Shown in pieces: positions 9,031 through 17,823 of a DNA stretch of 64,000 nt. The notes below the pieces were generated by a model. That model saw only the letters and a program-made list of their open reading frames with translations. It was not told the DNA's origin and ran no database searches. Every line of letters begins with the position of its first letter. Positions within the stretch are counted from its first letter, which is position 1. The DNA lies in the IMG/VR virus record IMGVR_UViG_3300043411_000942, positions 62,001 through 126,000 of that record. One strand, written 5' to 3'. Both the position numbers and the translations under genes were made by a program.

Positions 9031-9252
9031 ATGTACATATACCTATTGAAGCAGACCTCTCAAGCGAGTTTCGACAACAACGAAGCCTTCGTTGTTCGAG
9101 CAAAGAACTTCACGGAAGCTCGCGAAATCGCCTCAAAAGCATGTGGAGATGAGGGGCCTCATCTGTGGTTGGATAAGAATCGGTCTTCCTGTAAGCGCGT
9201 CAACCCAGTGGGTAAGTCGGAACTTATCCTGAATTCCTACAAGAGCGGATAA
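9031..9252 (+). CDS. hypothetical protein
   Basis: ATG 9031 behind promoter 8996-9023. Confidence 0.7.
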   Translation: MYIYLLKQTSQASFDNNEAFVVRAKNFTEAREIASKACGDEGPHLWLDKNRSSCKRVNPVGKSELILNSYKSG

Positions 9253-9258
9253 CCCTAC

Positions 9259-9528
9259 GTGGCTGCCATAGAAGAATCATTCAAGAAGCGTGGATTTAAG
9301 CCTCAGGACATCCTTAAGGTTGCTGAGAAGCACGTACGACTCTACGAGCGTAGAATCGCCCGAGGTGGGTCTTGGGTGCGTATTGACGAGTGTCAAGCAC
9401 TCCTACAGCTTTGGCAAGGCGTTGTCCGAGGGCAAGGAGAAGTTCTCACGCCAACCCAGATGTGCGAGATTTTGGATGCGGATGACGCAGGTGAATTCGA
9501 GGAATTCACCATAGTAATCAAAGAGTAG
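9259..9528 (+). CDS. hypothetical protein
   Basis: 89 aa ORF in + block. Confidence 0.55.
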   Translation: MAAIEESFKKRGFKPQDILKVAEKHVRLYERRIARGGSWVRIDECQALLQLWQGVVRGQGEVLTPTQMCEILDADDAGEFEEFTIVIKE

Positions 9529-9530
9529 CC

Positions 9531-10088
9531 ATGCTCCCCCCTACCGTTTTATACTACTCACGCTTTCTGCGAGAACCCGGCCCGGTCTTTGACGCGCTCC
9601 GGGTTGCTTCGGCTTGGGAGCAGAAGAGCGTCACAATCTATGGGAAGTCGATTCCGCAGCCTCGCTTGATCGCGTGGTACGGGGACCCTGGTACCTCGTA
9701 CACCTACTCGGGGCTCAGAGTAGACCCCAACCCCTGGTTCCCTGCCCTGGCCTCTCTGAAGGCTGAGGTTGAGCGAGCTACGGGAGCCACCTTCAACTCG
9801 GTACTTCTTAACCTGTACCGTAACGGGTCGGATTCCGTAGCCTGGCATGCAGATGATGAGCCAGAACTTGGCTCGAATCCTACGATCGCCTCGGTAAGTC
9901 TTGGAGCTACACGTAAGTTTCAGCTCAAGCACAACCTTACCAAGGAGGTTTTCAGTGTAGACCTAACCTCAGGTAGTCTTCTCGTGATGTCTGGGAGCAC
10001 CCAGGAGACTTACAAACACGCGGTTTTGAAGACGACACGTCCTGTTGGAGAAAGGATCAACCTGACGTTTAGGCGAATTTTCAGTTAA
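9531..10088 (+). CDS. alkB: AlkB-family 2OG-Fe(II) dioxygenase (ALKBH2/3-like)
   Basis: QPRLIAWYG, NSVLLNLYRNG, WHADDE (HxD), YKHAV, RINLTFR. Confidence 0.93.
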   Translation: MLPPTVLYYSRFLREPGPVFDALRVASAWEQKSVTIYGKSIPQPRLIAWYGDPGTSYTYSGLRVDPNPWFPALASLKAEVERATGATFNSVLLNLYRNGSDSVAWHADDEPELGSNPTIASVSLGATRKFQLKHNLTKEVFSVDLTSGSLLVMSGSTQETYKHAVLKTTRPVGERINLTFRRIFS

Positions 10089-10112
10089 GCCTCCCGCAAG
10101 GGGATCCGTAGG
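10084..10112 (+). promoter_or_regulatory. class-1 promoter for the HicA-like gene and tRNA-Lys
   Basis: GTTAAG-N17-CGTAGG. Confidence 0.8.
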
Positions 10113-10132
10113 GACTCTCAGAGGCACTGAAA

Positions 10133-10345
10133 ATGTCGGACTATCGAAAGTGGATCAAGAAGGTGGTTGCGCTTGTGAGTAAGCTCGGCTGGAAGGTCGA
10201 CCAGAAGAACCACTACAAGTTCAAGTCCCCTAATGGCGGCACGACCGTGATCGCGCCTTGTACTCCCAGTAGTTACAACGCCATGTGGACGGTTCGACGA
10301 GATTTTCGTAAGGCTGGGCTCGAATTGGACATGAGCAGCCTCTAG
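10133..10345 (+). CDS. HicA-like dsRBD-fold RNase/toxin homolog
   Basis: LGWKVDQKNHYKFKSPNGG..V..P.TPS...RRDFRKAG resembles HicA; no HicB nearby. Confidence 0.6.
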   Translation: MSDYRKWIKKVVALVSKLGWKVDQKNHYKFKSPNGGTTVIAPCTPSSYNAMWTVRRDFRKAGLELDMSSL

Positions 10346-10352
10346 TGTATTC

Positions 10353-10425
10353 GGGACCTTAGCTCAGTTGGTAGAGCTGCGGACTTTTAATCCGTAGGTC
10401 GTGGGTTCAAGTCCCACAGGTCCCA
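10353..10425 (+). tRNA. trnK: tRNA-Lys(UUU), CCA not encoded
   Basis: GGGACCT/AGGTCCC acceptor; D arm GCTC-AGTTGGTA-GAGC; anticodon arm GCGGA-CTTTTAA-TCCGT; T arm GTGGG-TTCAAGT-CCCAC. Confidence 0.97.
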
Positions 10426-10580
10426 CTAACTGGATACTGTCTTAGCGAAGGTGTGCACCCTGAGCTATGATCGGACTCCAGCGAGGAGCTACCCGTTCCC
10501 ACGTAGATAGAGTGAGTCGCCCATCCCCCACTGGACTTGTTAAGCCCAACCGGATGGTCAACGACCCACTTAAACGGTAG

Positions 10581-10620
10581 AGAGGGGGGCTAGTATGCAG
10601 CTAGCCCCCTCTTGTTTTTT
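10581..10620 (+). terminator. intrinsic terminator
   Basis: AGAGGGGGGCTAG/CTAGCCCCCTCT stem followed by T tract. Confidence 0.75.
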
Positions 10621-10841
10621 CTCTTACGCCTGTGTGAGACTGGAGGTGCAAGTGTCTAACGTAAACGAGGTTACTGGTACTGACCATGACGGGCTGTGTG
10701 AGGAATGCGACACAACCTTGACGCACGAGAATCTCATTGAGAGCAGACTGGGTTTCTACTGTTCCGAGACATGCAAGGCTACGGCAGAGGACTACCCATA
10801 CGCCCCTTACCGCGAGGACTTCCACGCAGATTGAATGCAGC

Positions 10842-11165
10842 ATGTCAAAAAAGAACGTGAGGCAGAAGTTCAGGGACTTGGTCTTCACTCGGGACAAGCA
10901 TGTTTGCCGGGTCTGTAGGGCCTTAGGTGAGCTAGATGCTCACCACATTACAGATCGCAACCTGATGCCGGGTGGGGGCTATGTGCCGGGGAACGGAATT
11001 TCCCTGTGCAAAGATTGTCACTTAAAGGCAGAGCATTTCCACTCAACAGGTGAGAGCTTGCCAGGGTTTTCTCCAGAGGACCTGTACCAACTAATCGGTT
11101 CAAGTTATGCCGAAGCTCTTGAAGCTTCGAGACTCCATGAGAGATTTAAGCACCTCTCTGGTTAA
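10842..11165 (+). CDS. HNH endonuclease
   Basis: RDKHVCRVC, LDAHHI, NGISLCKDCH. Confidence 0.88.
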   Translation: MSKKNVRQKFRDLVFTRDKHVCRVCRALGELDAHHITDRNLMPGGGYVPGNGISLCKDCHLKAEHFHSTGESLPGFSPEDLYQLIGSSYAEALEASRLHERFKHLSG

Positions 11166-11195
11166 GCCGCACTAGCAGAATCCGTAAGGCTTTAC

Positions 11196-11558
11196 ATGAC
11201 CGACTACAACCTATCTAAGATCGATCAACTCTTCGTGTCCGGTTTGGAAGCCCACATCGAGATGATGAAAGCTACTCCTGGTGAGGATGGCGTTACGCGT
11301 CAACTCGAAGCTCAAGCTCTTTTGCAGACGTTCAAGACCTTGGGGGCAACCCTAATCTTGCGGGTTGTACACGATGCACTAGCTGCGTCTACTGGGGAGC
11401 AAGAACAAACCATTGGTCTTGACTCGGCTTCCGTGGATTGGCACTTGAACCAACTCGTCACAAGTCTGGGTCGGGCACGAACAATTACCTCGAACTTGAG
11501 TCGACGCACTGCTAGTGAACTCCAGGGTATTCAGGCAAAATGGTCGAGCATTCTATGA
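11196..11558 (+). CDS. hypothetical helical protein
   Basis: ATG behind promoter 11161-11188. Confidence 0.7.
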   Translation: MTDYNLSKIDQLFVSGLEAHIEMMKATPGEDGVTRQLEAQALLQTFKTLGATLILRVVHDALAASTGEQEQTIGLDSASVDWHLNQLVTSLGRARTITSNLSRRTASELQGIQAKWSSIL

Positions 11559-11600
11559 CAACAGGAGGTTCGCCGAACCTCCTTCAACCCCTCCCAGGAT

Positions 11601-11828
11601 TTGGGTTTCGGTCAACGCCAACACAAGGGGGTCTGTAAGTCGTGCCACCATGTGATGTTGGAGGTGGATGGGACTTTCTACCACAACGCGGTAGCTGGGG
11701 ATGGTAAACCCTACCGGTGTGAGTACGTACGTCAGGGTAGAACCCAATTCAAATTCGGAGACCCTGAGGTCCTACCGTTCCTCCGTAAGCGGGACCGTCG
11801 CTCAAACAAAAGAGCCGAAAAGTTCTAG
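11601..11828 (+). CDS. hypothetical Zn-ribbon protein
   Basis: CKSC...H...C; TTG start uncertain. Confidence 0.5.
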   Translation: MGFGQRQHKGVCKSCHHVMLEVDGTFYHNAVAGDGKPYRCEYVRQGRTQFKFGDPEVLPFLRKRDRRSNKRAEKF

Positions 11829-11929
11829 TTCCAGTTAAGCTCTCACCTTGAAGGTCCGTAGGTACCCATATGGAAGACGAGAGAGTTTGCAACTGGACGA
11901 TTGACTCCGAGTAAGACAAGGAAACTAAC

Positions 11930-12127
11930 ATGGAAAATCGAGCCACCCACCACGTCACCATTGATGGCGTTGAGACGACCCTCACCTTCGACTCGTTCTC
12001 TCAGGGGAGAGGGTACCAGTACCTGACCCCAGGGAACGCTTCTAGTCACGCCTTCAATTGGCCACTGACCCAGCAGCTTGGTCGCAAGTTTTCGACCAAC
12101 GGCCACGTTTACCAGGTTCTTGATTGA
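11930..12127 (+). CDS. hypothetical protein
   Basis: AAGGA SD-like before ATG. Confidence 0.6.
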   Translation: MENRATHHVTIDGVETTLTFDSFSQGRGYQYLTPGNASSHAFNWPLTQQLGRKFSTNGHVYQVLD

Positions 12128-12164
12128 GGTTAAGGACCCCTTCAACCCCTACGTAGAGTGGGAC

Positions 12165-12350
12165 ATGGAATCAGTAGAAATTACCTACAAGGACGATCCT
12201 GTCTTTGAGTTTTGCGAGTACTTGCGCAAACGTGGGGGTTGGGTTTCGTGTGCGGTTATGGCTAGGGGCCTATCAAATTGGGTGTCCGGCTGCTACGCAA
12301 CACCTAACTTTGCGCTCCAGGCGGCTATTCGAGAGACCTACGGAGATTAG
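12165..12350 (+). CDS. hypothetical protein
   Basis: ATG 12165 behind promoter 12129-12157. Confidence 0.65.
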   Translation: MESVEITYKDDPVFEFCEYLRKRGGWVSCAVMARGLSNWVSGCYATPNFALQAAIRETYGD

Positions 12351-12352
12351 AG

Positions 12353-12595
12353 ATGGCGAAGCGATTCCGTGACGGACTAGAAACCGACTTTTACGTTCGT
12401 GTAGATGGAGGTAGTGAGACAGACTACGAGTTATTTCCAAGGGAGACAGCAGCTCAGGCAGCAAAAGAGTTCTTCCTGACGTTCTACTACGGCAACAATA
12501 TCCAAGCACCCCAACGATTTCATGTACGGCATCCAAACGGCACTGTGCAGACTTTCGACGTCAAGGCTGTAATTGAAGTCACTGAGGTAGCTTAG
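12353..12595 (+). CDS. hypothetical protein
   Basis: 80 aa ORF in + block. Confidence 0.6.
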   Translation: MAKRFRDGLETDFYVRVDGGSETDYELFPRETAAQAAKEFFLTFYYGNNIQAPQRFHVRHPNGTVQTFDVKAVIEVTEVA

Positions 12596-12597
12596 CC

Positions 12598-12774
12598 TTG
12601 TGGGAAGTCTACTGGGGAGTTCTTGGGGAGTGGTACCTAGTAGCCTGCAACTCCGAAGAAGAGGCCTTAGAGCTACAGGACGACCTGCTTGGTTACGCTG
12701 GCTACGTGGACATTGAGGTCTACATTAGGCCAGCTCTACCCGTGTACTTAACTCGTTACGCAAAGCTACCATGA
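12598..12774 (+). CDS. small hypothetical protein (58 aa, not in track)
   Basis: TTG start, fills the gap, ATGA coupling to 12771. Confidence 0.45.
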   Translation: MWEVYWGVLGEWYLVACNSEEEALELQDDLLGYAGYVDIEVYIRPALPVYLTRYAKLP

Positions 12775-13088
12775 TCGAAGACTCCCGCCCCCCGTCCAGC
12801 GTTCGATCTGCTACTGCTCAGGAGCTTGCTCCAAAAGCGTACGAGGTTTTTGTCTCTAAGTACCCAACCACAACTCCTATCTTGGGGTGGCCAGACCTAG
12901 CTAAGGCCTATCGACGTTGGTGGGTATTCAAGATTGAAGCTGCTTTACAGCTAATCTCGAAAGAGCAGCTGAGGGGAACTAACGAGGGTCACGTAGCCAG
13001 ACTTACATTGCTACTTTGGGATAGGTGGGAGGACTGTGGCGCCCAAGGACCGTGTTGGATAGCGGTCGCAAGGTCCCTTTTGGGTTAG
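12771..13088 (+). CDS. hypothetical protein
   Basis: 105 aa ORF. Confidence 0.55.
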   Translation: MIEDSRPPSSVRSATAQELAPKAYEVFVSKYPTTTPILGWPDLAKAYRRWWVFKIEAALQLISKEQLRGTNEGHVARLTLLLWDRWEDCGAQGPCWIAVARSLLG

Positions 13089-13096
13089 GAGTTCGT

Positions 13097-13393
13097 ATGC
13101 GATGGTATAAAAACCTATCGAAGTCCCCAACCGGTACACGGATTGTGTACCGGTTGGGAGGGGACGACTACTTCTCTGCGGAGATTAGGGTAATCAGTAG
13201 GGGAGTAAGCGTGAACACCACAAGCATGAACGATGCCTACCTCCGAGAGTTTCGAGACATGCTCCACCTTGCCAAATGCCAGTACCAAAAGCTAAGTCAA
13301 GGCCTCCCGCCTTTGACCATAGTTGAAGAGAGAGACGTCCTAAGTGACATGCTCTCTCCGGTCATACTTGAGCCGGTAAAGGCTCAAGTATGA
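13097..13393 (+). CDS. hypothetical protein
   Basis: AGGAG SD before ATG 13097. Confidence 0.6.
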   Translation: MRWYKNLSKSPTGTRIVYRLGGDDYFSAEIRVISRGVSVNTTSMNDAYLREFRDMLHLAKCQYQKLSQGLPPLTIVEERDVLSDMLSPVILEPVKAQV

Positions 13394-13746
13394 GGGCTCT
13401 TAACTTTGAGGAGCTAGTGCAGGCCTGCAATAACGTTGGAGTTGACCTCCAGTGTGGAGCTTGCGCAGCCATATTTTTCACTGGGGTTGGGCTACCTCAC
13501 GACAATCACACCTGTAAAAAGAGCGATATCATGAACATCTGGGATTCTAGACCGAACATTGGCGATGTGGTTTACCTGGAAGGGAACCCGCATGTGGCCA
13601 TGACTGTTGTGGAGGTAGACATTCCGTTCCCATCGGAGACTACCAACGTAGAAAACAAGGCTACCGTTTTCTGGTTGGACACGCGTAGGGCTCCGTGTAG
13701 GGCCATCTTCCCTCTCGTGTGTCTCGCAAAGTATACGACCCGCTAG
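13390..13746 (+). CDS. Zn-ribbon plus DUF2158-like SH3 fold protein
   Basis: CGAC...HTC, then IGDVVYLEG.P..MTV...VFW. Confidence 0.55.
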   Translation: MRALNFEELVQACNNVGVDLQCGACAAIFFTGVGLPHDNHTCKKSDIMNIWDSRPNIGDVVYLEGNPHVAMTVVEVDIPFPSETTNVENKATVFWLDTRRAPCRAIFPLVCLAKYTTR

Positions 13747-13752
13747 AAACTA

Positions 13753-13781
13753 GTTAAGGCTTACAGGACTAGTTACGTAGG
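13753..13781 (+). promoter_or_regulatory. class-1 promoter
   Basis: GTTAAG-N17-CGTAGG-N7-ATG. Confidence 0.85.
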
Positions 13782-13788
13782 ATTAGAC

Positions 13789-13974
13789 ATGGAAAACCTG
13801 AAAGTTTGGCTGGTGTTCTCATCTTACGGGTACGGCGACGGCACCAAAGTGGAAGCTGTCTACACTTCGGAAGAATCTGCTCGTGCCTTTATGGCGCAAC
13901 GTAACCGCGAGTATGTGGACAATCTCGTGGGTCCTGGCACGTTTTGGGTTGAGCAGAAAGAGGTTCAGTCGTGA
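13789..13974 (+). CDS. hypothetical protein
   Basis: ATG behind promoter 13753-13781. Confidence 0.7.
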   Translation: MENLKVWLVFSSYGYGDGTKVEAVYTSEESARAFMAQRNREYVDNLVGPGTFWVEQKEVQS

Positions 13975-14094
13975 AAGACACTTACAAGGATAGTTGGAAC
14001 ACGTCCTTCCGACTGCTCGTGCAACAAGAAGGCGTTGTACGAGGAGAAGAAGATTTAGGTTAAGACTGAACCCTCCTCCACCGTAGGGGTTCAT

Positions 14095-14331
14095 ATGAAC
14101 AACCTGAAGATCTCCGGAGACCAAGCTGCACTTCACATCATGCTCGGGCCGGGCTCTGCTAAGGCCAAGCAGGCAAAGCTGACGCAGCTTGCTAGCAAGC
14201 TGCGGGAAGTTGTGACCAACACCATGCCGTGCCCCTCGTGTGATCACACGGGACCGCATGAGGATAACGGTTCCACCCGAGAGTTGACTTACCTATGTGT
14301 CCAGTGTGGAGAGCAGTGGGATGCAGAGTAG
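14095..14331 (+). CDS. C-terminal Zn-ribbon protein
   Basis: ATG behind promoter; CPSC...YLCVQCGEQW. Confidence 0.7.
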   Translation: MNNLKISGDQAALHIMLGPGSAKAKQAKLTQLASKLREVVTNTMPCPSCDHTGPHEDNGSTRELTYLCVQCGEQWDAE

Positions 14332-14347
14332 CTCAGATGCAAGCATG

Positions 14348-14377
14348 AAAGGGGCGGAGCTAATTCCGCCCCTTTTT
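14348..14377 (+). terminator. intrinsic terminator
   Basis: GGGGCGGA-GCTAAT-TCCGCCCC-TTTTT. Confidence 0.85.
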
Positions 14378-14413
14378 CGTTCCTAAATCCAACCCGTTGG
14401 TGTAGTAGATTAA

Positions 14414-14812
14414 ATGAAGTTCCAGTGGACGAAGAGTGTGACACGCCCTCAGATTCGAAGGCTTGTGGTGGCAGTGACGTCGCTAGATGACGGTTGCTGT
14501 GAGAACCACGAAGAGCTTACGGAAGAGGACCTAGAGAACCTCAACGTGGAGTCAATGCAAGAGCTACTTGCAGTGGTTCGAGAACGAGACACCTTGAAAG
14601 ATAGGGTAAATCTTCTGGAGCTTACAGCTACGCCTTGGTTGAACAAGCCACTCCCAGAGGACGATGAGATTATAGCTGCCTTCCCAACTCGCTCAAATCG
14701 ACATGACCTCTATCAAGAGGCTGTGCGGCTTGTAGGGGCTAGGTCCTCGAAGGCGTCGCTTGTGGCTCTGGTTACTTGGCTACTACTTCGTATCGAGAAA
14801 GCAAAAGGGTAA
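14414..14812 (+). CDS. hypothetical protein
   Basis: GGTGTA-N9-ATG start. Confidence 0.65.
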   Translation: MKFQWTKSVTRPQIRRLVVAVTSLDDGCCENHEELTEEDLENLNVESMQELLAVVRERDTLKDRVNLLELTATPWLNKPLPEDDEIIAAFPTRSNRHDLYQEAVRLVGARSSKASLVALVTWLLLRIEKAKG

Positions 14813-14817
14813 ATACT

Positions 14818-15693
14818 ATGTGTGTCTCTATACATGCAAGCGAAATGCGTGCGACAAAAATCTACGCTGGTGAGGCGATTCGAGATGGAAAGTACGTACA
14901 CGTACTTTCCTACCAGAACGAAGCCGTGAGCTTAAGCTCAGGTCCAAACGCCATGATCCTACCCATCCCAGCAGTAGGAGAGTTGGGACCTAAGAACGCG
15001 ATCGACACTCGACAGTTCCCCAAGTTCATCGGAGACATAGCCGAGACTACTAAGCTCCCTATGCGTAGCTTTGGGGGAAAGAGCCTACATAGTGAAGCTC
15101 AGGCAGCTCAGGTATTTGACGTAGGGAACTACACGGTTGCTTTGGGCTCAAGCATTTGGAATGCCCTGGAAGCTTGCCTTTCTATCCCTACGGACAAACG
15201 CCCTACTGGAATCAACCCAGAGATAGTCAACAACCTGGCCAAGCTTTACAAGGATTGGTCTTTCGCAATTTGTTGCTGGAAGGGTGACATCAAGCCAGAG
15301 CCCCTGCTTTGGTGGTTTGAGCCCAAGTACCCTCATGTCTTGTTTGCCCCTGGACTTGACGCCCATGACGGCAACCCACCTTTGGCAGGATCTCCAGTAC
15401 CTGTAGATACCATTATCACCTTTGGCTCTACCCTGAAGCCGACAGGGTTTGCCCCCATTCGGTACTCAGGGAAGATTCCCACAGAGGTTGCAAGCCTCCT
15501 ACCGACCTACGCGGTTGGTCAAAAGATCAACTCGCTACTCCTCAACGGTGACTACTCTTACCCTACGGCGAACTTCACCGGGACTGTAGGGTGGGACACT
15601 CTCCCCTCCCCAGCACTTCGAGTTTTCCCCGAGTGGGGAAGTAAGGGGTCTGCCTCCACCCTGAAAGAGCTTACGCTTAACTCCTGGTGCTAG
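14818..15693 (+). CDS. uncharacterised ~290 aa protein
   Basis: MC start; YQNEA, NAMILPIP, APGLDAHDGNPP look like conserved motifs; family not assigned. Confidence 0.7.
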   Translation: MCVSIHASEMRATKIYAGEAIRDGKYVHVLSYQNEAVSLSSGPNAMILPIPAVGELGPKNAIDTRQFPKFIGDIAETTKLPMRSFGGKSLHSEAQAAQVFDVGNYTVALGSSIWNALEACLSIPTDKRPTGINPEIVNNLAKLYKDWSFAICCWKGDIKPEPLLWWFEPKYPHVLFAPGLDAHDGNPPLAGSPVPVDTIITFGSTLKPTGFAPIRYSGKIPTEVASLLPTYAVGQKINSLLLNGDYSYPTANFTGTVGWDTLPSPALRVFPEWGSKGSASTLKELTLNSWC

Positions 15694-15733
15694 AATTTAG
15701 TTAAGCCCGGACCCTCTACCTACGTAGGTCTCT

Positions 15734-16012
15734 ATGAAGGGCAGGTTCCAAATGAGTCTTCAAGGTTATTACGACAACTTCCGCTCGGGTTACTGGGCAG
15801 ACTCTGACCCCTCCAAGTGCGCTTGTCACGGTCACGGTTACGCTCTTTCGGAGGTGGATACTTGGCACGAGTGCCCCATCCACCATGTGAAGGGGCAGCG
15901 TCATCCGGAAGATGATTGCGATGGCACGGAGGAGGGCTGCTACGAGGTTGAGGCTGCTCCAGCCTACAAGCCAGAACCTGTAACGTTCGATGACGATTCT
16001 GTTCCGTTTTGA
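15734..16012 (+). CDS. small Cys/His metal-binding protein with acidic tail
   Basis: ATG behind promoter; CACHGHG..WHECPIH. Confidence 0.7.
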   Translation: MKGRFQMSLQGYYDNFRSGYWADSDPSKCACHGHGYALSEVDTWHECPIHHVKGQRHPEDDCDGTEEGCYEVEAAPAYKPEPVTFDDDSVPF

Positions 16013-16020
16013 AACTTAAG

Positions 16021-16054
16021 AGGGGTGGTAGTTAGTACTACCACCCCTTCTTTC
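16021..16054 (+). terminator. intrinsic terminator
   Basis: AGGGGTGGTAG/CTACCACCCCT stem plus T-rich tail. Confidence 0.75.
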
Positions 16055-16068
16055 ACATAAGGTAATGT

Positions 16069-16332
16069 ATGGCAAGTCTGAGTCCTGACTGGGAACCCTA
16101 TCTTTTTACGAACAGCGTCCTATTTCGTAAGCGTGATGCACGTAGTAGTGCCAAGGCCGGGAAGGACTTCCTCCGGTTGTGGGGGCATGTGCAACCCACT
16201 CCTAGTTGGTTGACCCCACCTCCCCTCCCACCTCTATCGAAAGCTGCTGTAACCAAGCTGACTCAACTTTTTGAGCTAGCCAGCTCCGTGGTAGTTGTAA
16301 GGAGCCCTGTCTCAAAGAAGGAGGGCACATGA
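16069..16332 (+). CDS. hypothetical protein
   Basis: ATGA coupling to next gene. Confidence 0.5.
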   Translation: MASLSPDWEPYLFTNSVLFRKRDARSSAKAGKDFLRLWGHVQPTPSWLTPPPLPPLSKAAVTKLTQLFELASSVVVVRSPVSKKEGT

Positions 16333-16647
16333 AGTACGAAATCAAGAACGAAGTCAAAGACAAAATCAGGGACGTCGTCTCCGATTGGATGGGTCTCAAC
16401 CTAACCGAAGCTCAAGTGGAAGAGATTCTGTGTCCCCTCCCTCCGAGGCGAAATCGAGGAATGGGGTATCAGCGATACCGTGACCCGAGAGAAGATCGGG
16501 GACTTCCTAGCTCGGAAGATCGTAGGTCGTTCCTGGCCTATGAATGGGGAAGACCAGAAAGGCAAAGATGCCTTCTACGCGTCCTTTGATACCCGAGCCA
16601 AGGAGCTTGGGTATCAGCTTCGTAGACAGTCCCAAAGGGCCAAATGA
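16329..16647 (+). pseudogene. gene split by a +1 frameshift at CCCC 16434-16437 (or a sequencing error)
   Basis: The +1 frame reads SLRGEIEEWGISDTVTREKIGDFLARK...RAK*, has no start of its own, and ends in an ATGA overlap with 16644. Confidence 0.65.
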
Positions 16648-16841
16648 GTAAGTACTCAGTTACGGTTCGTCAGTTTGAGGACCAATTGGTGGAAGCAGAA
16701 GCTCGGGTTCGTAGGTTGGAGCTAGAAAACGAGGAGCTAAGGTGCTACATCAAGGACTACAGGATCAACCTGCAACGTGCACTAGACAACCTGCAACGTG
16801 CACTAGACCTTATAAAGGCTCCAGGTGTAGGCTTAAAGTGA
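16644..16841 (+). CDS. small coiled-coil protein with 21-nt tandem duplication (NLQRALD x2)
   Basis: repeat seen at about 16768-16809. Confidence 0.6.
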   Translation: MSKYSVTVRQFEDQLVEAEARVRRLELENEELRCYIKDYRINLQRALDNLQRALDLIKAPGVGLK

Positions 16842-17470
16842 GTACTTCAACTACCATTGACTCTCGTATTGACGGCATTCAAACCAACTCCTATCGTGAC
16901 TTCCATGCTCGCGGACTCGACTACCTCTGTATTCGTCGAGATCTTGAGCTAACACTCAAGGTGTACTTCTTCGATGGGGACGCGTCGAAAATTGGCGAGG
17001 TCGTAAATCCGCATGACCATCGTTATCACTTTGAAAGTCGTGTACTTGCAGGAGAGGTAGAGAACGTTATCTACTCTGAGACGAATGAGCCAGCCGAACA
17101 CTTCGACTTGTTCCACTACACGACTCCGCTCAACGGCTCGACACAGCCAGGGTTCAAGTATCTGAGAACCGCTCAACTCAAGCGAGATCGCACGGACAAC
17201 CACCAAGCTGGAGCTGTCTGGGACAGCAGGTCGGCTGCAATCCACACGCTATCGATCCGTAAACCTGGTACCGTTTTGTTCCTTCGTCAGTACGTTGACG
17301 TGCTTCCGATTGGTACACCAACCCGAACCTTCGTTCCTGCTGACCGTGGGGCTCCATCGTTGCAGGGACTCTATCGACGCTTCACGAGAGACGAGATCGT
17401 AGCCAAGGTAGCAGAGTTGGAGGCACGTACAGGTAAGACTGTTGACGACCTCCTTAGGCATACGGTGTAG
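16838..17470 (+). CDS. cupin-like (double-stranded beta helix) protein
   Basis: PHDHRYHFESRVLAGEVEN ... IHTL pattern; GTGA coupling. Confidence 0.6.
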   Translation: MSTSTTIDSRIDGIQTNSYRDFHARGLDYLCIRRDLELTLKVYFFDGDASKIGEVVNPHDHRYHFESRVLAGEVENVIYSETNEPAEHFDLFHYTTPLNGSTQPGFKYLRTAQLKRDRTDNHQAGAVWDSRSAAIHTLSIRKPGTVLFLRQYVDVLPIGTPTRTFVPADRGAPSLQGLYRRFTRDEIVAKVAELEARTGKTVDDLLRHTV

Positions 17471-17505
17471 TATCGGTATGCCTCAAGACTCAGCTTTCAA
17501 TAGGG

Positions 17506-17823
17506 TTGTACGAGTGGACCATGCGTTGTAAAGATAAGTGGCATGGGGAACTTGTACTGACGTTCCAACGACTTGCAGGTAAACCTCCTAAGGGCTGTCG
17601 ATGGAATCGTGCTTGGAGACGTAGATTACTCTCAAGCTTTGACTACCACACGGATGTTGCTGCGAGAGTTATGGCTGCGGAAATGGAGCGGGTCGAGAAT
17701 GGCCGGATATTGAACGACCTAATCAGCATGACTAAAGCCCATTGGGACGACACTCATGCTGTCCCGTACGACCTAGAAACTGCTGAAGGTTTGTACCTCA
17801 ACTATGACTACCAAATCGACTAA
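17506..17823 (+). CDS. hypothetical protein
   Basis: 105 aa ORF, start uncertain. Confidence 0.45.
   Translation: MYEWTMRCKDKWHGELVLTFQRLAGKPPKGCRWNRAWRRRLLSSFDYHTDVAARVMAAEMERVENGRILNDLISMTKAHWDDTHAVPYDLETAEGLYLNYDYQID

Noticed and set aside
6433-16810. 21-nt tandem duplications as diversity-generating or repeat elements
   Set aside because: Single in-frame heptad duplications in coiled coils; no reverse transcriptase or template/variable repeat pair.
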